Shown one piece after another: positions 38,201 through 50,200 of a stretch of DNA of 64,000 nucleotides (position 1 is the stretch's first letter; each line of letters opens with the position of its first letter). The notes beneath the pieces were generated by a model, which searched no databases, was not told where the DNA came from, and was given only the letters and a program-made list of their open reading frames with translations. Source of the stretch: Laetmonice hystrix (lineage: Eukaryota); NCBI GenBank assembly GCA_965235115.1, contig OZ249436.1:3598001-3662000 (forward strand), read 5' to 3'. The position numbers and the translations under genes are program-made.

Positions 38201-41200
38201 AATTAAAACTGTCTCGAAGAACAAGACATTGGTAGAGGCTGGCAATACATGCATTGACAACATTTAGTATATGGAGATAATGCCATGCGTAAACCACATA
38301 GGATCCATTACCTATTGTTGACCTTTGTCAAATGATTTTTTCTGGCCAAGTGACCTCTAAAGGCTGACTGCACTGTGGAGACAGCGTCGTCGAGCTCAGT
38401 GTCCGAGTCGTCTAACCTACTGAAAAAAATGGAACCATTGCAACATGGTGCACGTGAACAAAGAGTTGGGTCAGAAAGCAGGAGTACTTGAGTACAACAG
38501 GCAAGGAGAATACAACACATGATACGAAACAATAGTCAGGATTGTGGGGAAGTTTCCATGGTAACAGCTCTCGTACTCTGAAACGACCTTGAATACTCCA
38601 AGTATGGAAACCTCCCCAGAGACTTTTTGTTCTTTTTGAAACGCTCTAAGAGAAGTAAAATTAGTATTGAAGAATAAAAAAATATAAGGCTTAATTCTGT
38701 CTTTGTTAAAACTTTAAGTGGCACCCCAAATTCCTCAAATATGGGTATTTATCTTTGAACCCCTGGGAAAAATTTCAGCTAATTGCGATAAGCAAAAGTA
38801 TTTTAAAAGTGGAATGGAAAAATTTATGTATATCTCCACCACCTCCTGGCTTCCACTAGCTCCAATTCCACTGCCATATTTGGACATGCTATATGATCTA
38901 TAAATAGATTACCGCTAGCTCCCAGCCTGCACTGGCTTCAGAAAATAGCAGATGGGCCGAACAGTAACTTGGGACCCTAACATAACTCCATTTTAAAAAT
39001 ACTTTCGCTTATGGCTCAAACCTGCAATTTAACATGCTGTCCCTAGGGTTCAAAGTATTGAGGAATTTGGCGTGCCACTTTAATAAAGTAAAACAGTAAT
39101 TAGTGTGTATGCTATCTAGCTTAGCTATTGTAAATTAAACACACATGAGATATGAATTATAAATCAAGGGAAGCAAGTGATTTAGTCAATATCAGTCATT
39201 TCTAAACTATAGTGATACTCCGATTGTGGAGGTAGCACATGAAGAACAAGAATGGTCTAACCTTTTCTTCAGCTGGTCCCTGCGAACTTGATGTGCTCGG
39301 AAGTTGGACTGGATGAGCTCAGCTGCTGAGTCAAGCTCACTTTCTGTCACAGTATCTGTTGGAGTTTCATCATCGTACACAGAATACTTGCTCTGATTAC
39401 GGAGTACCTGCTTACGTTTCATATGGCCTCGCATTGCAGACTGAAGAAGCTCAGCAGCCTGAAACATAAAACACTTTAATCTAATCTCATATTCTATGTG
39501 TATCATTTTCACAGACATCCGTGCTGAGTCAAGTTGCATATTTGTCTATCTACCTGTATTTTCCAGACCAACATGATTTTCAATGTCTTCAAAGTATTTA
39601 CAATGGAGCATACCATATATTTTTGAATATCTTCCGTACTTTCACTTTCAATAGAGTGAAATATAAGTAAAGCAAAAAAAGTACATTTGATTTCCAACAA
39701 GTATGATGAACATTTGCATGAAAAACTTCGTGAAAGCCTGACAAGTTTTTGTCACCACACAAAATGGGAAAACATTATGCCAATGAGGAAATCAAATATA
39801 GTAGCTCTGACACCATGATTTGTTTATAAGGATGTGAAACCAATATGGTTATGTAAAAACACTTAGAGGGTCCATTATATAAGTACATGTATAACACTTG
39901 GAGTCGGTTTACATCAACCCAGCATTCAGAAACCCACATAAATCATAATGATTGTTGTTTCACGGCTGATTCCTTCACAGCCTGTAAGTGGGCTATGATC
40001 AGGTTTTACTACCAACAGTTCAGCCACCACTAAACTTTCATCATTCAATTCTTGTACAGAAGTATATACCAGAAGTTCACATTATGATATATTGTAAAAG
40101 TAAATGTCTTGATATCAAGAGTCAAAATTAACTCTTTATCTTTATATGTATTATTTTTTGGAAAAGAATGACAAAGCAATCCAGGATCCACACGGTGCTG
40201 ACTGTGCATCCACAACGATGACGTGGCCAATCGGAGACATGCAAGGAAAGTCATGCTGTATTTTTTTTAATTCTCATTCATCCAAGGGTTACAATACCAG
40301 GTATCTCATTATACATGTTAGCTGCACTTCACACAATCATCCGTCAATGTCAGTATAGTTAGTATACAATGTATATTACCTGTGGATGAATAATAGATTC
40401 TCTAGCATAATTATAATTTGTCAAAGCTGGGTACAAGCAAAGTCATATCCTGATCAAGTCTGATTTGATATGGTACTAATGAAATGATACACATATTTTA
40501 GGCAATTAATTCATTTGTCAGTGTCTCTTGCATTGACTATCAGCAATACATTAAAATGACCGCATGCCCCATAACTGGAATATCAAAGGATAAATTTGAG
40601 GTCAGTTGGTGTCACTACTGTCTTCATGCTTCCGTGTATACATGCCAGCATTTTCAGGTATGTATCCACATCTCCAGAAAATTGGGTGGGAAGAGGCAAA
40701 AATCTCTCATTATTCCCAGCCCTTGAGTTAACCTTACTATAAAATAGAAAAAAAGACAATAAAAACCTACCAAACGTATCCATAGTCCAGCCCCTACCCA
40801 TGGAGATGTTATGATAGAAGACATTTCCAACCAACTTCACACACGTAATCAGAACACTTTTATGTATTCAGAAAAAAAAACAATCGCCTGGTTAAGATAA
40901 CTGTCTGCTACTCAAACCACAGAAGCTTATCCGTTTTCTATGGATCATGTTATAGCTGAACAACTATGGATTAGAAGCAAGCAAAAGCAGGTCAGCCACT
41001 ATGGGAGTTCAAGACAGAATGGTTCCTAGTTTGTCCACCTGGGGGCAGCACATACTTCTTCCTGTTGTGTTTCATGTTTCCTGCCCTGGTGGGCGATCCA
41101 TCCTCCCTGGATATGTTTGGCCGCCCGGTTTTGGACGAACTTTTCCACACGTTTGTCTCGTTTCTCCCGCCACTGTTTATCCTGACGGCAGAAAGGATTG

Positions 41201-44200
41201 TTGCTCCCGTGTGAATGGGATGGTGGCCAAGACCACTCTCAGATATCACAACTACTTCACCACACCATGCAGTGATTCCCCTGTGATCTGACTCACATAC
41301 AAGACAATATGCTCTAAACAAGACAGAATTACTGGCGGGGAGGGGGAGGGTTCATTGTTAATGACAAAAAATACCACCGCCCCAAACAAGCAACAGACTG
41401 TTTGTCGCCGGCCTGGGAGTTTGTCACTTTCTGTGTCACAAGTGACAGACTGTTTGTCGCCGGCCTGGGAGTTTGTCACTTTCTGTGTCACAAGCGACAG
41501 ACTGTTTGTCGCCGGCCTGGGAGTTTGTCACTTTCTGTGTCACCTATGGACTTCAAATACATCAACACATACTGGTGCCATCCTCCAAAGTAAAAATATC
41601 ATTGCTACAGGTAATAATTGGGATCCTCAATACCCATTAAACTGTTTTAATTATTATGGGTCACCATGAGGTTTTGTGAAAAAAGGGTTTAGGGTGATTC
41701 ATGTAATCTGTACGAGCTAGGAGACTGAGCTATATTACCTTATATGTGTGTCAATAATCAATTCTGGGTTATGAAGTCTTATGTTCAACCACACTGCTTT
41801 TATGGAGGCTCATGCAAAACCTTTCCAATATTGTATATCTTCGGTAACTGACAAACGTGTTTATCTTTCAGTGCCTACTTCCTTTATCACATACCTCATC
41901 TGTATCAGAGCAGGAGGTCTAGAAACGATTACAAATCGATTACAAAACAATTACAAAAACTTGTGTTAAGTTCATCAGTAGCCAAGGCCCTGCTCCCAGA
42001 AACAAAATTTGTAAATTTGAAATATAAAAAATTATCTGGTAGTATAAAAATTACATTCTTATAAAAGTATAAAATCACTCGAACAAAACTGCACCCAACC
42101 TATCACATACAGTTTAGATTTCTTCTGAGAGGAACACGACAATATAATGTAATACTTTAATAAATGTTTGTCAGTAGTTGAGATTTACTAGAAACTCATG
42201 CAGAACTGCAGGGCACCATGCTACCTACTTCCTCCTCGCTGAACTTTTGGACTTTGTGGCCACGCCAGCCACGCTGAATGGCGCGTGCTGCACGCGATTC
42301 CTGGAACGCTTCAATTCTAGCAGCTTGCGCTCTCTTTGCAGCCCAAACCCAAGGCAGAGTTGCCACAAAAGTGTGAAAAGATAGAATACAAGAAATATTT
42401 CTGAGTGAGACTCAGAATCAAAGGTTTACAAAAATCGCATGTAGTGACAATATTGTATTTTTAAAGCAAGATATCCTTCGGTGACCCCCAGGTCATGTTC
42501 CCTCCTTATCTAAAACCTGTCATGTTCCCTCCTTATCTAAAACCTGTCATGTTCCCTCCTTATCTAAAACCTGTCATGTTCCCTCCTTATCTAAAACCTG
42601 TCATGTTCCCTCCTTATCTAAAACCAGTCATGTTCCCTCCTTATCTAAAACCTGTCATGTTCCCTCCTTATCTAAAACCCTGCCACACTTGTAAAATGGC
42701 CTTGTTCAGTCTTGTGCAGACATAAATAATCCAGTTGGTTTGTCACAAACTTCACACTGCCCACATTCAGAATTAAAGCCTGACGTTGCATAAATTACCC
42801 ACCAATTTACTCAAACAGTCACACGACACTCTATAATTGTCTATTGATCATGAGGACACTAAACTGGAGCAGTCGGTGATAGTTGAGGACTGGACTAAAA
42901 ATCATGCTTCACACAGTCACCATCGTATCAGTAACCACAGATTGTCATCACCATATTTTGTTCTGCTTGGCCTAATTAATCTAGAGCAAAATTCTTAAAA
43001 TATCAGTGTTTGTAGGTACACAAAACCAACTCTAACATCTTTAGGTTAAAGTAGGCAAATAATGAAATACATTGTAATTCAACAAAATTAATTTATGGTA
43101 CACGTAATTATGAAATAATGGGAAGAGTTTTCTGGAACAAACTATAAATAAATGAAACCAACGTTCATGACATAAGGATCATGAGGTGGAGGGGAAAAGG
43201 CCAGGTAGATTTTTAAACGAATAATGAATGAATTAGACTGTAAACCAATTAAAACTGACCTCCTCATCCCCAGCCTGCTCCTTGTGTGATCGCCAGTTAC
43301 GCTGGATGTGCTTGGCGGCAGTGTTACGGGTGAACTGTTCAATCCTACGCTGGCGTTCCCGCTCCTCTCTCCGACTTCCAGTATCAGAGGAGACAGACGG
43401 GGACCGGGAACGAGTGCGAGGAGATGTCCTGTATAACAATGTAATTCAGGGATAATTTATAACTCAGGATTCGAGTCTATTTATTGGCTGATTGTTAACA
43501 AATTTCTTATTTTTTGTTGTTGAAAAATCGGAATGTCCCAATGTTTTGCGATCGGGATGGTTGACAGGTATGGAGTCTCCCGATTGTCTGATCCTTTCAT
43601 AAATTTAGAGTCTATTTACTGGCTGATCCTTTCATTACTGCATTAACAAATTATACATAAGACTTTTTAAATTGATCAAATATATTATCTTTCACCTCCT
43701 TTATAACAAATCCTGTAGCTATGCTGTCGTCAACATCCGTCTAAACTTGGCTATAAACAAAACTTAAACATGGACCCTGACTGCACACAGTATAAATATA
43801 AAGATGAGTGAATGGCAACATCCTGTTTACTTAGGGACTCATAGACCATTACCTTCCACCACGTCGGGGAGTTGTGTTCATAACTGTCGCTGTGATGCTA
43901 GCGTTACTTCTTCTCCTTGGTGTATTAGAAGGTCGCGGCGTCAACTGACTACGATCTTTCTGATAGAGTGAATCCAACTCATTTTGCAGGTCGTCAACTT
44001 CCTTCTTCAGAGTTTTCATATCTTTACTGTGAAAAACGAAATCAGAACTGGTAGTGGTCCACTGCCATTTCCTTTGTGAAAGTTTACTAATTCACTTAGA
44101 TCATAACAGTGCATTATGTTAAATACAACACAAACGGCCAAGAGAGCCGAGGTTAAACCTATAAACACATGACTCACTCCTTTTCTTCGGTTTTCTTCCT

Positions 44201-47200
44201 GTAGTGAGCACGGTCCTCTTTCAGCCGTTTGATGATTCCTCGTTGTTTCTCCATCTCCTCCAGTAGCTCAGTTTCCCTCCGGTCGAGCTGGTCAAGTCTC
44301 TGAGCTAAACTCCCCTCCAGGGTGACCTTACCTGATATAACATAAGTGTTCAGATGACCTCCATATCTTCAGTACAGTTACCTTATCAGACACACAGACA
44401 ATATGTAACCATTTCCTGACTGTCTGCTTTATGTTACATCTTCACCATATCCAACTACCTCTTCCCAATCAATCAGTAATTCACAAAGAATCATTTTGAC
44501 ATCTTCACCATATCCAACTACCTCTTCCCAATCAATCAGTAATTCACAAAGAATCATTTTGACATCTTCACCATATCCAACTACCTCTTCCCAATCAATC
44601 AGTAATTCACAAAGAATCATTTTGACATCTTCACCATATCCAACTACCTCTTCCCAATCAATCAGTAATTCACAAAGAATCATTTTGACATCTTCACCAT
44701 ATCCAACTACCTCTTCCCAATCAATCAGTAATTCACAAAGAATCATTTTGCAGACCTACAGCTCAGGTTCCAGTTCACTAGGTTTACTCCAGATTTGACC
44801 CTAGCAGTAACATTAATTCCCAAAATTACTAGCAGTCGATTTTCATTTAACAGAAAATTTTCTTTTCTAAAACTTTGAAGGAAAATTAGTCTTGAAATAA
44901 TCCAGCCAGCTTTGTACACTTAGTATGAAATCAGTCAGTTATGTATGACACATTAAGGAGAACAATAGGTATAGATAAGTCCACAACACACTGTGACTAA
45001 CAAGTACAGAATCTACTGACCGTGCATAGGGTAGAAATCAATGTCTTTATCTTGTAGTAATCAGTAACAGCAAACAGGGAAGATTTTTATGGTAAAGTCT
45101 ATCAAAGACCTTTACCAACATCTATGTCCAAATTCTGATTTCTAAAATATTTCTGAGAGCTATCGCATATAGCATAACCAATCTTCTTGATGGAAACGGG
45201 TTTTAATTACAGCCTGCCAAGTTTGTCGACGTAAAATCCACGGACTTTTGGATTCAATTACAGCCTGCCAAGTTTGTCGACGTAAAATCCACTGACTTTT
45301 GGATTCAATTACAGCCTGCCAAGTTTGTCGACGTAAAATCCACTGACTTTTGGATTCAGTTATCTCTACCTGCCAACAGTTTTTTTGTGAAGTTCTAGGG
45401 TCTCCTCGTATATACAGTGGAGAATGACGTGCATTTTGAAGTTGTACCACTTGATCTACTGGTACTGTTAATTTGTACAGTTGTGAAAGGCTCCTCGTGT
45501 ATGTCAAAAAGGCCAATAGAGAAAAGGAGATACTAGAGAAAGATGTACCTTTAGCCTTGGAACCTACAATTTAAACATAACTTAATGACTTCCATACATC
45601 TATGAAGAATTAATGCACAAACATATTTGGAGACTACTATAATATGCATAGATGGTTTCTTTAAGGCAAAATCGCAACAAAATAATGAAATTTAAAATGT
45701 GGTACTGATATACAAGTTCCCTTGACTGATATACAGGTTTAAAACCAACATTATAATATTACAGATTTACTGTTTCAGCCCAACGAGTTTTGAATATGCT
45801 GACCGTGGACATCACCATGACGATTCTCGACCTCTGACATCAAGGACATTGAATCAGCATCAGCCTTGTCCAGTCGCTGAAATCAGATGACAAGAAGACA
45901 GGTTAATCTATTATTAATCTTACGTTTACCAATTGTAAATGATTTAATTAAAACAGAATATAATTCTCATGATTTTACTAGTACTCACCTTTTCTAGTTT
46001 GGAAATTGCACCCAATAACTGTTTCTTGCTCATATCTTCATATTCCTCTGATATGACCAAACATGGAAAAGACAGAAGGTGAAAAATGGTTTCACATTTA
46101 ACTCTACATACAGTATATCCTAGAAAAAATCAGCATAAATTCAACTCTATACACGTACTTCAATAATTTGAAATTTTCTTTTTGATTGTGAAATGTTTTT
46201 GGTTTATTTACATGTCTTAGCAAGTAGATCAATGAAACTTACTCTGTGTGTCTTTGACCTTGGCTGACTGCTCCAACATTTTCTCAAGGTCTTGCCTTAA
46301 TGTTTTGTTTTCAGATGTGAGCCGTAGGTTCTTCTCATTCATACGGAGTATTGTTTCCTGGAGAGCTTTCATCTTGATATTATTTTCCTTCACAGGCATC
46401 TCACTATGTCTGCTGAAAAATGAAATATAAAAATTTTTAATCTCACATCATTTTTACTAAAATCACATTTACATGTGTTCTTTTAATTTCAAAGAATGTA
46501 ATATTAAAATTGCCTAGTTTGAGGTATATGACCTACTTGAGAGGTGTGTTTGATGTTTTGAGCTGGTTAAGGCGTACAATCTCCTTGTAAAAAGTATCGA
46601 CCTGTAACTTCATCTCTTCCATCTTGGTTGTCTTCAAGTCACCCTGAAGCTTCCTACAACACCATGCAGAAACCAACTGTTGCATCAAAACGAAAGTCTT
46701 AAAATATGATCCACAGGGACCTCGCTAAAGCCCTTAGCATGTTGTGCCCGACACGTTTAAATTATTGCTGACACGAGAGATCTCTGTATCCTGATAACTT
46801 TTGGTTCTCTTTGACACCAATAAACTGGACTGTGAATACTGCACATACGCATATGAAGCCTCCTTGTCCTTGAGTTGGTGCTCAAGTTTGAGAATCCTCT
46901 GTTTTAGACTGTGTATAACTGCTCCACCATCTGGCTTTCGGTCAGTCAATGTCCGTCTTAGGTCTTCACTCTGGCAGCAATGAACACATGACTCATGATA
47001 ATAACTCTTACATTTAATGTTCTCCACAAATTATCTTAGTGTGGTTCAATGAGGGGTTTCAGGACCATTGCCCTACAACTACGACTAGTAATGAATCATA
47101 GATATGCATAATCAAGATAATATTGATATTTGTGGAGGTGTACTTAACAAAATGATAACTAGTCTTCTAGTCACGGCCCAATGCAAAATCAACAAGGGGA

Positions 47201-50200
47201 AAAACAGTGGGTGGTGGCTGAATTGATTTCTCAAACTACATTCAATCAATTCTGGTCTGCATATTTAATCAGCTATGCACACAATAGTGGCACTCAGTCA
47301 ATAACGTAATGCATGTCTCTGCAGTCACAACTATCTGCCCGGCAATGACGGATATTGACAGAACGGTACCTAAATACTTACCTTGCTGGGATCCAGTAGT
47401 TGTTCGATCTCTCTCTCCTGAAGATACAGCAATGACGCTATGTGAGACAACAATTACTCGTCAAACTGCAGAGGTAATACACACTGTTGTTGAGACAGGA
47501 CAGGCTGACAGAACTTTGTGGATCTAAGACTCTAGCTACTGCTGAGTATAGGAAGCACATTGACTTTCTGTGAGATACACACTGGTGTTGAGACGGGACA
47601 GGCTGACAGAACTTTGTGGATCTAAGACTCTAGCTACTGCTTAGTATAGAAAGCACATTGACTTTCTGTGAGATACACACTGGTGTTGAGACGGGACAGG
47701 CTGACAGAACTTTGTGGATCTAAGACTCTAGCTACTGCTTAGTATAGAAAGCACATTGACTTTCTGTGAGATACACACTGGTGTTGAGACAGGACAGGCT
47801 GACAGAACTTTGTGGATCTAAGACTCTAGCTACTGCTTAGTATAGAAAGCACATTGACTTTCTGTGAGATACACACTGGTGTTGAGACGGGACAGGCTGA
47901 CAGAACTTTGTGGATCTAAGACTCTAGCTACTGCTGAGTATAGGAAGCACATTGACTTTCTGTGAGATACACACTGGTGTTGAGACAGGACAGGCTGACA
48001 GAACTTTGTGGATCTAAGACTCTAGCTACTGCTTAGTATAGAAAGCACATTGACTTTCTGCGACAATTCTTTTTTTATGAGATGGAAAATTCACAAATCG
48101 ATTCGGAAGGAAAAGCTCATGCTCTGCAAGATCAATAATTCATTCCCGAGTTGAACTTCAAGGCCATTTTCTGAAGGGACATTTATCCAGCCAGAATCAG
48201 ATATTTCACTCAACTAGAAAGGTTTCTCGCAAGCTCAAACAGCTTTCACTGATGCTGAGATACACTAATTAGGTATGAATACATGTTACAACCATGTAGG
48301 GTCTGTTATTGACAAGTTATTACCTTCTTCAGGTTGTCCTCCTCGAGTCTGCGAACCTTGGATTTCATTAAGGAGTTGTCATGCCCAAGTGTTGTTATTT
48401 GCTGAAATTAAAATCAAATCAAATAGAATTAAGTGGGCTGAATGATAGTCCCATGGATTAATTCTAGAGTAACCCACTCGACATTTACTCCTACCATATC
48501 AATCTGAGAACTTTATCCTTTTCTTTCCTTGTCAATGTTACCTTTTTCAGGTCGATGATTTCATCATAGTATTCCTCTGGTGATTTGTATGCAGGAGTTC
48601 CTGGTGCTCGAGCTGCAAATTGTAATTACAACTATTAACATCTATATATCAGGTTAAATACACAAATCACATCAATCTAGCCATGCAGGCAGGAGAGCTG
48701 GACATGTCAGGAGACAGACAGGACCTGGGCCCGGTTTGCAATACTAAGACATCTTGCTTAAGACATAAGCTTAACATTTCTGGGGCCCGTCTCACTAAAG
48801 GCTGGTTAATAACCAGATCGTTAATTTAACATAGGAGTGAATGGAAGGCTGCTGGTTACTGTAACCAGCAGCCTTCCATTCACTCCTATGTTAACTTAAC
48901 GATCTGGTTATTAACCAGCCTTTAGTGAGACGGGCCCCAGACAGGGTTTCCGCCAGAAAATAATTTATGGGGGGGACGGGGGGCCCTCCCCCAGAAATTT
49001 TTTTTTCATGAACTCCGGAAATGCGTTTTCCTGGCCTCTCAGAGCGAGAATAGCTTAAAAAAAAACACTGCTCTGCAGATTTATGGGGGGGGATATCCCC
49101 CCCATGTCCCAATCATGGGGGGGATGCCCTGCCAGATTGGCTGATTGCCACACATTTAAGCTGCCTTGCTTAAACCGGTGACAACTAACCAATCAACTGC
49201 GTTAAACTTAAGCTTAAGCAAGATGTCTTAGTATCGCGAACCGGGCTCAGATGCCCTGTGGCCAATCACATGTCTATAACTCAACACAAGTGTTAACAAT
49301 CTCTATTTTTTTAAAAGAGAGGCCATCCCAATTGTCGAAAAGCTCAACACTTCAATTCAAAAATGTTTTCAAAATGGCCAAACTGAAGTTTCAATCAGCG
49401 GACATGTGACATTGAGAAACTTACTCTAACTTCTGGTGTAAACCTTTTAGATTTCTCTGTGCCTACTAACTGTCGTAGGTAGTGACTTGTGGACTTACTC
49501 TAACTTTTGGTGTAAACCTTTTAGATTTCTCTGTGCCTACTAACTGTCGTAGGTAGTGACTTGTGGACTTACTCTAACTTTTGGTGTAAACCTTTTAGAT
49601 TTCTCTGTGCCTACTAACTGTCGTAGGTAGTGACTTGTGGATATGACACTTACTCTGAACTTCTGGTGTAAACCTTTTAGATTTCTCTGTGCCTACTAAC
49701 TGTCGTAGGTAGTGACTTGTGGACTTACTCTGACTTCTGGTGTAAACCTTTTAGATTTCTCTGTGCCTACTAACTGTCGTAGGTAGCGACTTGTGGACTT
49801 ACTCTGAACTTCTGGTGTAAACCTTTTAGATTTCTCTGTGCCTACTAACTGTCGTAGGTAGTGACTTGTGGAGGAGTAAGCCATCTCTTTGGTTTGCTTT
49901 CTCCCTAATCCAGTCATAGAATTGTTGGCACTCTCTGTACTGAAGCCAGTTCCTGTTTTCCGCAGTGATTCGTTCCAGTACTCCACCGCTGGGCGCTTAG
50001 GTTTTTTGCTAGCACCAGCAGTCCCTGCAATGGACAGAGTGCAGTCTAACATGGTGTTTCTAGTGGATATCAAAGTACCCAGGTGAGATCCACTTCTAAC
50101 ACAAGCCTAACACCATGCACATAAATTCAAAGGTTATATTACATTGCTTTTAGTACAGTGTGCTCACAATTGTATATATTTTTGTCAAAAAACATCACCT

